DNA of 64,000 bases from a virus, in the IMG/VR virus record IMGVR_UViG_3300017917_004576, positions 56,069 to 120,068 of that record; one strand, given 5' to 3'. Shown piece after piece: positions 9,505-22,200 of the stretch. The stretch's first letter is position 1; each line of letters opens with the position of its first letter. A model generated the notes under the pieces. The model ran no database searches. It was not told where the DNA came from and saw only the letters and a program-made list of their open reading frames with translations. A program made the position numbers and the translations under genes.

Positions 9505-12500
9505 ATGAAGGTTGTAGGACAAACACTGTTTTTAGGAGCTAGTGTTATTAGTTATAGTAGCAACATAGGTTGGGGTGGAAACGCAAGTAGTCTTACAGTA
9601 GAATTAATAGAAGATATTCAACCTTTTGGTAAAGTTCCTTTTAGAAAATTTTATCAAAATCAACCAGCGGACTATGGACATCTTCATGACGAGTCGTCAG
9701 CTCCTTTACCAGGCGAACCTCAAATATCTCCATTGCCTAGTGGGCATAATGGAAATAGAAGTTTAGGTCAAGATTTTTATAATATTTCACACTATAATAG
9801 TAGTTTATCTTATTCGCCTAATCATTACTATGAATGCTCTGGTGACGATTGTTATGTGGATGAATTAGGAAATCCTTATAATCCTAACAGAACTAAACAG
9901 GATGGCACTCCCGATCCGCCAAAAGAAAGAAATATTCCTGGTAAAATATATTATGAATGGATAAATAATAGATTTATTTCCAAATATTGGATGCATGGAG
10001 ATCCAGGATTCTTTGCAACAGGCACCAAAGTACAGCCAGGCGGATTCATATCTTTAAGTGCTGGCCATAATGGACAACCTTTTAATACTCCTGGTGCCAA
10101 TGGTTTATGGACTTATGATATTATTAATACTCCGGTATATTTTAAATTTGATAATTTTGAATTTATAGGATTAGTTAAAAACTGGGAAAGAAATAACAGG
10201 CCAGGAGGAATAACATATAGTGTTACAATAGAAGGTTTTGAAAATTTATTAGATAACTGTTGGATAATATTGGATCCTTATGGAGGATCTATCTTTGGGG
10301 CGCAGGGAGCTGGTAAAGGAACTCCAGTTAATGATATTAATTTAAATAATTTTAATTATAATGGATTATTAAGTCAAGGAAATATTCCAAATATTTTTAA
10401 TGTATATGGATTTTTAGAAAGTTTTGGAATAGACTTTTTTGGTGGATCTAATCGAAATGATAATGGACTAAGAGCAACAGATGTATTATCTGCGCTAGCA
10501 GCCCTGACATCTGCTCATACCAGACTAGAAAGAGATGCTGCTTTTTCTCCATTTGGACGAATACTAACAAAATCCATGGCAGATATTAATGGTAATATTC
10601 AAGATATTAAATCATTTGGTATTATAACACCAACGATAGGAACTAATAGAAATATTATAAATAATCCTCCACCACTATATAATAGTTTTAGTCTTGACTT
10701 ATCAGATATTGGAGGACTTATATCCGATTATAGAATAGATAATTCTTCACAAAGCATATCGTCATTATTACAAGAATTAACAACAGCAAATGGAACAGAC
10801 TATACCATTAAAGTTATACCATCTATAGTCAATAATACTTTATATCAATTTGCAATTAAAGTAATGACTGTTGATAGAACCACATATAGATCACCGAATA
10901 ATATTCGCTCCATCGTTACAAATTTAGAAAATCAGAGATTTTCTATATCTAATAGTAATTTTGGACAAGATGTTAATCCAAATATAACTCATAAATTTAT
11001 TATAGGCGGACCTCAACAAAGATTATTACAGGTTAAGAACTATAGACTCCCATATGCTCAAACTAATTATGTTTATAATCCTGTTATTAAAAAATTTATT
11101 ACTTTAAATAGACCATCTAATAAAGCACGAGTTCCTGATGTTATGTCAACACGCCATCCATACATTTCAACTTTAAGTTTGGGTCCGTATATAGGAGATA
11201 GAATAAATACTAACGACACTGAAAGAGATACTAGATTCACCAGCCTAGATAGTCAGTGGAAAGATATTGAAGTTAGCGCTATAGGACGAAGTGAAGAAAT
11301 TATAAAAGGAAATTATAAAAATAGTAATATTTATTTATCTGAGTATAAAAGTTATATTGTTAGAGAAGATGATCTAAATAAGGATGTGCAGCCTAGTCAA
11401 CCGAATGTACCTTGTGTTCCTAATACTCCAACAATATTTAATAATGAAACACAATATGTTGATACTGATTGCGTGTATTATGTACCAACAACTTGTCCAG
11501 TAAGAGACTATGGAGATAACTTATCAAAACCAGATGGATGTCTTAATAATCCTACTCAACCTGGAGGTAATCAGGTAACCACAGACCCAACTATGGATGA
11601 AATTCCAGATTTTAGCGATGGAGGTTTTGTACCAGTTACTGGTTTTGATGCTCCTGCTAGTAGATATCTGAATTTACATAATGATTGGATATGTCCATAT
11701 TTTGGCAGAACTCTAGAAGAGCAATTACCACCAGCTGATGATGCTAATGAATTTAGAAGTATACGACCAGTACATCTTGATATATGGACAAATCAAATAG
11801 TTGTTAGTTTTTATATGCATGAACTACCTCAATTAAATATAGGGGAACCATTACCTTTATATGATAGTAGTATATTTGATAAAAATCGATCAACTATGGA
11901 TGTTATGGGCCCTGGAATAGATAGGGGAGAAGTTGGAGCTGGTGCGGGCGGCACAACTGCGGGATCAAGCCAGCCACCAAATCCAGCAGAAGAAGGAAAT
12001 GCTGCCGAAGGATCTTGGCAACCTTTAGGAACAGATCCAAAAAGAAGATATTTTTATAATAAACCAGGATTTACTGTTACAGAAAGTGAGATGAGAGCAG
12101 CCCAAGTAGGTTTTCCCAGCTATTTGGCATATTGCTTAGGAAAAAGTAAATATAGTAAACCTGATTTATTTATGATGTTGGTTTCAGCTTATCAACTTAA
12201 AGGTGAATTATTCGCTAATGAGGATCTTACAACATATTATAGTATTAATGATAATGATATACAAGAGCCTGGATTAAAAAGAGGTGGTGGTGTTGGAGAG
12301 AGAAATATAAATCATGAAGGTGTTAATTCAATACCTGGTGATAATATAAAAACAAATATGAATATAAACTGGAATTTATATTTAAATCATAATTTTATTA
12401 AAGATTTACAAGTAGTTTGTGAATTTATTAAAAGTTTAGCAGATAAATACTATGGTAAGCAATATATGGTTAAGCTACCAGATATGATATTGTATAGAGA

Positions 12501-15500
12501 TTCCCAATATGCCAGTATCAGAATACCGGGAGTATATAGTAGCGTAGCAGTGTATGCTGGTAGTAATAAGATTTTTGGAAATTATGAATTAGCTGAAGGA
12601 GCTTGGGAAGAACCAGGCAACTTTATAGATGATTGTATAATGATTGGTACGAATGCATCAAAAATTTTTACTGATGATAATAATCTGATAGAGCCAATAG
12701 CTGGTTATAATAATAGTTTAAATATAGACGATGTTAGACAAAGGTGGTGTCAATTAGATGCTCAAGAAAGAATAAAAAGATTATTTGGAGAAGGAGACAA
12801 TAGTATTGGGCAACAAATGCTTGATAGCCTAAGTGAAGCTGCTAATGAGATTGATGATATTATAGATAATTTAGATCAGTCAGATGCTGAACTAGGTAGT
12901 GTTCCCCAAATACAAGCCGAAAACAGAATACGAACAATATTAAATGATATAGTAAAAAAACATAATAGAGAATTAGAAGCTCAGAAACAAATTAGAGAAT
13001 TTGGAACAACTATTAACTGTATTAGCGGTTTAGATAGAGCTAGAATACAGATTATTTGGAATAATATGTGGGCCAGTATTAATAAAAGTATTCAGGAATA
13101 TTTAGAAGATCCAACTGTTACAGGATTGGGGGACTTAGCTGATCAGTGGCCATCAATCATCGACCAGGCTCAACAGTCGATACTGAATATGTCTTTACTT
13201 ACTTTTGGTGTTCATTCGCTGGATATATCTAATTTAGGCGGAGGGTCCGATGCTGATTATATTATTGTTCCAGTATCGTCCAAAAAAGAGCCATTTGGAC
13301 GACAATCACCAAGATCATCTAAATTATTTATAAAAGCTAATAGAGATAAAATTATTTACGGAAATATTATTAATCTTACTGATCCTAGAGCGATCATGAC
13401 TGTTGATAAACTAGAGGTCTTTGATAGTAGTTTAGCATATGTAAAAGATCCCGGTTTATCTATTATTGCAAATATAGCTATTGAAGATAGTAGTATCTAT
13501 ATACATGTAAAAAATAGACTTAATGAACTTAGAGAAAATAGAAACGAGGCATTAGAAAGTGGAGATAATCAACGTGCTGAACAAATATTAGACGATATGC
13601 GTGTTTTAAAAACAGAAGTAGATTATATTAGATATTTAAAACAATATATTGTGCCAGAAATAGATCCTAGGTATTTAGTAACCACAGGATCAAAAGCTAA
13701 TCCTAGTGTTGATCATGCGAGAATGGCCCCAAGAGCTGCCCATCCTTACTTTTTTGCCATACCCTTAAAAAGTAATCAATTTTGCTATGGTCCTTGGACA
13801 AATTATGCTGATAATTTTATTGCGCAGCCATATATCAATAATTTAATTCATAATGCTAAAGTAGAATACGATGAAAATTTAGTGCCATGGAAATATGGTT
13901 CAGTCAGTGCCTTGGATCGTGCTGTTGGATATAGACTAAATGCTGATGTTAATTATCAAACAATTTTAGAGAAAGGATCTGTATCAATTTTAGGCCCACC
14001 AATATTTGGTTTAGGAGGAATCTTTTTTGATAATCCAAACTCTACTTTACCAGCAGGACAATATAGATTTGATAATGAAAACTATAGAACTAGATATGTC
14101 CCAAATACTTTTTTTGATACTAAAAGAAATGGATATAGAGAAATAACTTATGATTGTTTAAGAATAGATCATAGAGGAGTATCCTTTAATGGTCCATTAA
14201 TATCTAATATCAGCATACAAGTAGGTGTTGATGGTGTTACTACAACATATCAGTTTCAAACATATAATCCCAGAACAGGTCTATATAGTAAAACATATGC
14301 TGATGCTATTAGAGAAGCAAATAACGATACTAATAAATTACAAAAAGCCATAGCTAATATACAAAATAATCTTACATCAAAAATCGAAACACAAAGACTA
14401 AAAATCTTAAAAGAAGCGAGAACTGGTAGGGCTCCGTTTGGTATCGATAAATTTAAGACAGACTTATATGGAGAAAGTCCAATAGAGATTTTTGTTGGAC
14501 AAAATACTAGTAGTTTAAAGAATCCAGTTTGGTGGACAAATATTAATACTAATTTGATTAAAGATGCTGGAGACAATCCTTTGCCAATTGGAAACACTAT
14601 TGAAGATCGAAAGCGATTTTTAAGTCAAAAAAGAATGTATTCATGGGTCGGTGCCGTAATGGGAAAGGAGGTAGGAGCTGAATTATTACAACAATATAAT
14701 ACTAAAGCGGCTATGAGTTTGGATGGACTAATGTCCCCAGTGTCTTTTTATCCAACACAAGGAAATAGAACGTTTAATATTAGTACATATGTAGGTGGTA
14801 GTGGCGTTCCAGTAGGAGGAGGTAATACAGATACAACATGCCCGTATTGCTATAATAAAAGATATGTGACAATACCTTATATTGACTATCATACTAATGC
14901 TGGAGAATCATTAACAACTACATTTTATGATAATAAAACACCAGCAGATATACAAATTCCCTGCCCTGTTTGTAGTAGAGCAAAGATATATATTAAGAAA
15001 AATGATAAATTTCCAGATAGCGAAACAGGATTACCGGATATTAATTTATATAGTTTAAATCCAATAGTTGTTTCGTCTGGAGAATTTAGAAATCCATATG
15101 CTTCTGGTATTGATCGATGTAGACATTCTATCGGAGCTATTAGTAGAGGAGAATACAATCCTACCGAAGAAAGTTTTTATATAAATACCAATATTAACAC
15201 TTATAGAAATGGACATAATCCTGATTTTTCTAGATTTGATACTAAAGTCAAAGAACTAGAAAATATTAATGTGTTGCTCAATCAAAGATTTTTAGCTTTG
15301 AGAGGCCCATTAATGATGCATGGTTGGGGATTCGATACCGATGGATATCCTATACCCAATGCTTATGATATGCCATATAGTATAGACGATAAAGGAAGAC
15401 ATTTGAGATTTCAGCTTGTGTCCGATACTGGAAATAATAAGTTTGGTTCGAATAATTTAGAAACATTTGGTAAATATGAAGTATCAATCGGAGACACTGC

Positions 15501-16245
15501 TCCATTAGGAGATATAATTACAACAAGATACGAATGGAAAGGCACCGGAAATGGTATAAATACTGGAAATGGAAAATGGACCAAAAAAAATAAACCATCT
15601 AAAAAATTCTATCTTAATTGGGCAGAAAGGCCTGATCTTTGGCCCGTTGGCCCAATCGATGTTAGATGGGATAATGAGAGAAGAGTATGGGATGCTAGTG
15701 GCGGCGGCTGCAAAGAAGAGATTTTACCGCCATTTATAGTAACTAATAGAACAGATATATCAACACTACAAGAATTTTTAGAAAATAAAACAGAAAATAA
15801 ATGTCCATATAGAAATATTTATGTTACATTGGAAAGCGACATGATTAAAGAAGATGATTATGATAGTACATATTCTACAAGAGCTTTTATTGATGATATA
15901 GAATATAATAAAGAACCTGTGCAAAATGGATATAGAAGATTAGTATACGTTATAGATAAAACAGGCTATACTGCACCAAGAGGAACCAAGCTATTGTGTA
16001 GATACGATAGATTTAGTGGTTTTTATGAGCCTATAGGAAAACCGTCTGTGACAGCAATAGGAACAATAGGAACAGGTAATCAAGCAAGAATAGAAGCACA
16101 TTATGTATCTGGAAGAAGAGCTGGACAAGCACCAGTTTTTGTTATATCTTATTCCAATCCATTAGGACTATCAGCATCTGTTGGGACCAAAGGAATTTTT
16201 ATTTTTATCAATGGAAAATGGACACTTTCGTCTGCTAGATCATGA
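9505..16245 (+). CDS. Giant virion protein (putative tail/baseplate hub-like)
   Basis: 2246-aa uninterrupted ORF; helical segments and a CPYC...CPVC pair; operon context. Confidence 0.6.
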   Translation: MKVVGQTLFLGASVISYSSNIGWGGNASSLTVELIEDIQPFGKVPFRKFYQNQPADYGHLHDESSAPLPGEPQISPLPSGHNGNRSLGQDFYNISHYNSSLSYSPNHYYECSGDDCYVDELGNPYNPNRTKQDGTPDPPKERNIPGKIYYEWINNRFISKYWMHGDPGFFATGTKVQPGGFISLSAGHNGQPFNTPGANGLWTYDIINTPVYFKFDNFEFIGLVKNWERNNRPGGITYSVTIEGFENLLDNCWIILDPYGGSIFGAQGAGKGTPVNDINLNNFNYNGLLSQGNIPNIFNVYGFLESFGIDFFGGSNRNDNGLRATDVLSALAALTSAHTRLERDAAFSPFGRILTKSMADINGNIQDIKSFGIITPTIGTNRNIINNPPPLYNSFSLDLSDIGGLISDYRIDNSSQSISSLLQELTTANGTDYTIKVIPSIVNNTLYQFAIKVMTVDRTTYRSPNNIRSIVTNLENQRFSISNSNFGQDVNPNITHKFIIGGPQQRLLQVKNYRLPYAQTNYVYNPVIKKFITLNRPSNKARVPDVMSTRHPYISTLSLGPYIGDRINTNDTERDTRFTSLDSQWKDIEVSAIGRSEEIIKGNYKNSNIYLSEYKSYIVREDDLNKDVQPSQPNVPCVPNTPTIFNNETQYVDTDCVYYVPTTCPVRDYGDNLSKPDGCLNNPTQPGGNQVTTDPTMDEIPDFSDGGFVPVTGFDAPASRYLNLHNDWICPYFGRTLEEQLPPADDANEFRSIRPVHLDIWTNQIVVSFYMHELPQLNIGEPLPLYDSSIFDKNRSTMDVMGPGIDRGEVGAGAGGTTAGSSQPPNPAEEGNAAEGSWQPLGTDPKRRYFYNKPGFTVTESEMRAAQVGFPSYLAYCLGKSKYSKPDLFMMLVSAYQLKGELFANEDLTTYYSINDNDIQEPGLKRGGGVGERNINHEGVNSIPGDNIKTNMNINWNLYLNHNFIKDLQVVCEFIKSLADKYYGKQYMVKLPDMILYRDSQYASIRIPGVYSSVAVYAGSNKIFGNYELAEGAWEEPGNFIDDCIMIGTNASKIFTDDNNLIEPIAGYNNSLNIDDVRQRWCQLDAQERIKRLFGEGDNSIGQQMLDSLSEAANEIDDIIDNLDQSDAELGSVPQIQAENRIRTILNDIVKKHNRELEAQKQIREFGTTINCISGLDRARIQIIWNNMWASINKSIQEYLEDPTVTGLGDLADQWPSIIDQAQQSILNMSLLTFGVHSLDISNLGGGSDADYIIVPVSSKKEPFGRQSPRSSKLFIKANRDKIIYGNIINLTDPRAIMTVDKLEVFDSSLAYVKDPGLSIIANIAIEDSSIYIHVKNRLNELRENRNEALESGDNQRAEQILDDMRVLKTEVDYIRYLKQYIVPEIDPRYLVTTGSKANPSVDHARMAPRAAHPYFFAIPLKSNQFCYGPWTNYADNFIAQPYINNLIHNAKVEYDENLVPWKYGSVSALDRAVGYRLNADVNYQTILEKGSVSILGPPIFGLGGIFFDNPNSTLPAGQYRFDNENYRTRYVPNTFFDTKRNGYREITYDCLRIDHRGVSFNGPLISNISIQVGVDGVTTTYQFQTYNPRTGLYSKTYADAIREANNDTNKLQKAIANIQNNLTSKIETQRLKILKEARTGRAPFGIDKFKTDLYGESPIEIFVGQNTSSLKNPVWWTNINTNLIKDAGDNPLPIGNTIEDRKRFLSQKRMYSWVGAVMGKEVGAELLQQYNTKAAMSLDGLMSPVSFYPTQGNRTFNISTYVGGSGVPVGGGNTDTTCPYCYNKRYVTIPYIDYHTNAGESLTTTFYDNKTPADIQIPCPVCSRAKIYIKKNDKFPDSETGLPDINLYSLNPIVVSSGEFRNPYASGIDRCRHSIGAISRGEYNPTEESFYINTNINTYRNGHNPDFSRFDTKVKELENINVLLNQRFLALRGPLMMHGWGFDTDGYPIPNAYDMPYSIDDKGRHLRFQLVSDTGNNKFGSNNLETFGKYEVSIGDTAPLGDIITTRYEWKGTGNGINTGNGKWTKKNKPSKKFYLNWAERPDLWPVGPIDVRWDNERRVWDASGGGCKEEILPPFIVTNRTDISTLQEFLENKTENKCPYRNIYVTLESDMIKEDDYDSTYSTRAFIDDIEYNKEPVQNGYRRLVYVIDKTGYTAPRGTKLLCRYDRFSGFYEPIGKPSVTAIGTIGTGNQARIEAHYVSGRRAGQAPVFVISYSNPLGLSASVGTKGIFIFINGKWTLSSARS

Positions 16246-19200
16246 ATAACTGTATAGTTTATAACAAAAGTTTTTTAGAGGACCTGATCGATTTCGAATC
16301 ATCCGTTAAGGATGCTGTATTAAATTTTAATGCTATATCTTCATTGATTACAAATACAACACATGAAGATAATATTTGGACACCACTATTTGTTAATATT
16401 GACAATAGTAGAGAATATTGTCCCTATAAACTACTATCTGATTTAGGATATATTTCTGGATACGATAATAATTATAATTTTTTAGGAATTCAAGATTTTT
16501 TGTCTTTAAAAAATCCAAGATTTAATTTTTGGAATGTTGAAAATGGAGAGATGGTAGCTGACTGGGTATTAAATAATCCATTATCATCGCATTTTCCTGT
16601 GAAAGGTTTGTTGTTGTGGTTCAAAAAATTGCCAATATCGCTATCCAGTCCGTCGCCCATAGACACTTTTCCAAATAATAGTAGATTATTATTTAATGGC
16701 AGGGTTTTTATTAAAATAGATAATGAAACATTATATGAGGTTGGAGATAATACTAAAATATCTCATAGATTTACCAGTAATACTATTGCTTTTAATTATG
16801 GTGATAATAATCCTTATAATAATTTTGTTAAAATAAATACTTTGGGTGGCGGAACCACTCCATTATTTACCATAACTAATAATCATAGTGCAGAAAATAG
16901 ATCTTTTCAAACAACATCTACTATTTACCAAGAATCCGATATTATTATCAATGGTGGTAAATATTTATTATGGGTACCAAATGGAGATGTATATAGTTAT
17001 TATACAAATCTAGATGAAAGCACAAGAATTTTAGAGCCAAAAGCATTTTGCCCATCATCTCTTTATCAAGCCTATAATGCTTGTTATCATAGAATAACAT
17101 TAGATAATGCGAAAGATTTTGAAAAAAGACAGCTTAATATCGCTAGATGCTATAAAAATTTAGCCAAATATTTAGCCACAAGTCCATATATAGATGAGTT
17201 TTCTATTAGTAGACTATCAAATAAAAAAATTAGAGATATTAGCAATAACTATATACTAGACACTAATCTGCAAAATGCATTAATTAAAACAGTGCAGTAT
17301 TTAGAATCAAAAAGTTTAATAGACGATATAAAAAATACTTTAAATACTAATATAATCTTTAATTTACATGATCTAAAATTAAAAATAATACAAAAATATG
17401 GATTAAAATTACAATTATCTAATAGTAGCGCAATATATAGCACACAGCCATTGAGACATGGCGCTAATATTGTTGTGAATCAAGTAGGAGCCTATTTAGT
17501 AGATAAAAATATTAAGAATACCCATGTTGTTGCTAATCAAAATATTAAGATTGGTGGCTTAACTGTTGGCACAAATTTTAATGAAGAAGAATCTAAGGTA
17601 TCTTTTATTGGTCCTCCATCGCCACAAACAGATGTTGGGCTCGGGCAAGATGGCGGCGGCTACGCTCGACCAAGACCATTATATGCTATGAATGCATATA
17701 TGCCAAAGATAAAAAATAGTAGAAAAAATAAAATCAATCTTGTAATGGAAAAAACCTGTAATATTCCTAATCATCCAGAAAATATTAATCCTTCATCAGA
17801 AAATAGTCCTTTTAATGTTTTATTTAAGTTTGGTAGATCTATTAAGTTTTTTACAGATCTGATAAAGTTTAATGTTGTTACAGATGATTTCGAGTTAGAC
17901 ACATATAGATACGCAGAAGATCCTTCTGCTCCATCGGAAATTATTGCAAAAGACTATATTCAATGTAGATGGGAGCAGGTTAGCGGACCACCCATATTTT
18001 TTATTGATCATATAAAAATGTATATTTCTCCCAATAGTGGCCCAGCAATAGTGGTTTCGAATGGAAGATTTACAGACTTATCGGGATATGATATATCTAC
18101 TGATGTTTTTATTGGATCAACAGAGGCATATGTTTGGCCTAGCCAATCTGGTAGATATCAAATAAAATGCACTATAAAAACACCATATGGTACCTTTGTA
18201 AAGATTAAAACCTTTTATGTTACAGCTCCTGTAATTGCGGATTGGCGAGCTGCTGGAACCAATGAAAATGCAATACCACGAGATCCAGACCCAGAAGAAA
18301 TATTTGTTCCAGAACCATCGGACGAATTTTATATTAAACAAAAAGAGAGCCTACCTATTTATCTTAATCAAGATAATTTAAGAGTTATAGTGCCAAAATT
18401 TAATAAAATTGCTTTGAATGCAAATGGGCTATGTTGGCCAGTAGATACTAATTTGTATATCAAAAAAATTAAGCATAGACCTCAACTATTAGTTAATTTA
18501 CCGATGTTTCAATTTATGTTTGATAATAAAGGATCATCTGATCCAAGTACATTATTATTAGAATATAATTTAAACAATATAAAATATAGATTAGATAAAA
18601 TAGTATTAGAAAATACTAGAATTAATAACGATCCAAAATGTGCTGATTGTTTTAGTTTCTATTTACCACAATTATATAGTAATGGAAATGTTTGGAATAG
18701 GATCAAAGGCAGTGCTGGAGGAACAGAAGTCGCTTTCTCTCTTGTGGGGATTAGCAAAGCCGATGGTCTGGAACAAATATTTCGTTATTATACTCTTCCT
18801 TCGATATCTACAGATTATAGTCCACCAATTAAATCTTATGGTGGTTATGATCAAAATATAATTAATACTCTAGATATTTCTACGATTCCAGATCATATAG
18901 GTCCAGGACAAACTTTTTCGGCTATTACGGGCAGACCCTTATATTATTCTGCCGATAAGCCTGGAGAAGAAGCCCCTTTTGGTAAAAAGAAATATTGTTT
19001 CGAGGACTATTTACCAGAATCAACTTCTAGTTATCTATCTTTCAACAAAGGAGTTTTTCATCCTCAAAGCGGATGGATTCCACACGATAGTATCCACTAT
19101 AATAGTGTTAGAAATACATCTAGTGTGTTAAAATTTAATCCTGGCGCAAGAGACTCGTTTAGTTTTACCGGCCCAAGTATTACAAACTTGAATAATGAGG

Positions 19201-22200
19201 GATATATTGTAGAAAATAATATTGTATATATATTACCTAAAATATGTAAATCCACAATTAATTTAGGCGTAATTCCTGATGCTCAATTTTTACCATATAC
19301 TCAGCCGTGTAATATAAATATAACACCCTGTAGACCTGATGTGCCACCAGAATGGGAATGGCTGAATCAACTACATAGAGACACTACAGATCAATATCCA
19401 AATAGTACACCTGGTATAAATGATGCTCATGGATATAGAGTATTGGGAGGAGGAGTACCCAAAAGAATAGAAAGAAGAATTAATTCTAATTCAAATCCAG
19501 TTATGGATGAATTCAATTTTACTAGTGATACTATGAATAATAGTTTTAATTATCTTTTTACTCAATCTGGGCCAGCATATCCAATTAGCCCCATTCCTAA
19601 TGAAGTTAATAACTTTTTTAGGATTCTAACAACGCCAAGAGATAATATAGATCCAGAGACAGGAGATATTTCTTCTGGTCTGCCCCAACCAAATTGTTTA
19701 AAACCAGACGGATCAAAACCAGAAGGAGGTTATTACAAAGGAGTCCCGGATCCTACTGGAGAATGGAAAGGTATAAGAAATCCAAGAGTACTAGATTTTA
19801 CTATTCAAGATCTTGAAGTAAAATTAAATTTTTTGAATTATGTTAATACAAAAGATATTGCCATATCATTGGCTTTAAGTCCGTGTACAGATGAGTATGC
19901 TAGAATATGTGATGCTAAGTGTAAGGATCCTCCTCGTTTTCCTCTAGAGTCTGCTATAAAACCTGAAGCAAATACTTTTATTGATCAAACAGTAGGAACT
20001 ACTGTGGATGGTCCTTATAGGTTATTAGGTAATGGATATACTAAATTTAATAATTGGACACCAAGGGCTGGTGATGGTAATATAAATTTTAAAAACAGTT
20101 TATCTTTTATTCCATTAGGTAATGATGATTTTGACGATTATCTTCGTATACTAACCATAATGAATACGGTCTATGATCCTATTAAAATAGAAAATGAAGC
20201 TTTTGAAGATGTACTAAAACCACAAGTGTTATATTTGTTAAATCAAGAATATATTCAAAATCATAGTATGAATTTAAGTTTAACTTTTTCAGATAATGCA
20301 AATAAATATAGTGTGCTGTATGACAAGAGCTTTGCAACAAAAGGCTCTGGTGTCGGCTCGATATCTCAAAGCAGTCTTCGATATGGCGCTGGTGATGCAG
20401 TATTCAACGAAATAGATGTAGATAATCAAACCGCTCCGCCATATAATAATCAATATATTATTGGTAATAATGATAGTATCAAACCAACAACAAGCTCGAT
20501 ATATTACTCGGATCGTCAGGCTGCTATTTATCAAAATATTATGACTACTAATAAAATAAATATAGTCAATAATAGCTTTGCAAAATATAGAGCTAAGCCA
20601 TTATTTCATAATTCTTCTTGTATAGGAGTAAATGTACCGGTTGGGAGGCCCAGATACGATAGTCAAACTTCTTTTTCTTTGAACATAACAGTATATGACG
20701 AATCTGACGATATGTTTCCGTTAAACAATAATGTCGGCTCTATGATGTTTACGAACGCCTATGACTTTGCTGGAAAAATCAATACTAGTCAATTTGACAA
20801 CGCTCTATGCAGCTGGGATCTGTTATTACATGTAAATAATATCATTAAACCAACAATGCCTAATTTAAGCTCGTGTCATACCTACGGGAATAATGAAGCA
20901 TTAGCATTAATAGATTATTCTAATAAACCTAAATATGCTGGCTATAGTTTTATAGCAAATCTTAAGAATCATAAACATCTTTTACCATTTAGTAATATTA
21001 ATGCTCCTAATATATTTTTTTATGACTATAGTCTATGTCAATCAGCTAAACTAGACCAACTAGGATCTCCGACGCCGGGCTATCTCGTTGATTTTCCAAC
21101 AAATGCAATTTTAAATATAATGACAATTATAGCAGGAATGGCTGGCATGAGCGGAGCCGGTCTGGTCGGAATAGGTGCCGGAATAGCTGGATCAGGCCCA
21201 GGTTTGGATAGTGCATATGGGGCTCTTGTCGCATATTTTAGTAGTATTAGAGCAGCTGAATATCAACAAGATATTTCGCATGACATTTTTCATCAAGACT
21301 ATAGTAGATATCCTTTTGGTAGTCCAGAAAAAATATTAATTAATTTTAGTAAAGATGGCGTATTCTGGTATAAAGCAGAGGCTTCGATATTTAAATATAT
21401 CAATACTCCTGTTTTATCTCAAAAACAATATACATATATTAAATTAAATAAAAATTCATTTCCTATATTATCTAGATTTACATTTGATTTTGTAACAGAT
21501 ATTAGGGATTTGATAGACGATAAGTATATTAAGCCGTTATCGTTGCCTTGTAGCAGCGCAGCCTCTTTGGTTGGTCCGATAACATATAATAATACGTCTT
21601 ATAATTCATATGATCTGGTAGATGTTTCTTTTTCGATAGACGATGAATCTAACGCTACGGAATCATGCCAGAATGGAATCTATTCTGTTACAGATAATCA
21701 GTGGACCTTATTGACAGGCAATCCATTATTAATAAATAGTAATCTAGATTATATTTCTGATAACAATATTCTTTTTAATAATCAAGATATTTATCGTACA
21801 AATAATATTTTTTCAAATTTTACTGTCAATGCAACAGATAACCAAATAATTATTTTAAATGGTAAAATACCCTATGAAATATTTTCTCTTAATGATAATG
21901 TAGATGTAAGTGGTAATAATCTGGAACCAGATCCTATCATAGAAGAACCAATCGGTCCGGAAACTACGCCAGGATTACCAACAGAAGACAATACTCCGCA
22001 ACCTATTTTACAACGAGCTACCGGGCCAACATATACTAGAAAAGTTATAGCAAAAGCTCTAATCTATAAAGACCACAAACCATATAGCGTATTAAAAATG
22101 GATAGGTCAATGCTTGGAGTCGATTTTATAAGTCCGCAAGATAATGTTGTTGTTGTTTTTGATCTATCGTCATCTTTTGATAATAAAGAAAGTCCATTAA

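Noticed and set aside
11925-21230. Other locally GC-richer patches (about 11930-12020, 17620-17680, 21130-21230)
   Set aside because: Explained by Gly/Ala/Pro-rich peptides; many codons remain A/T-ending and there is no VR-like motif
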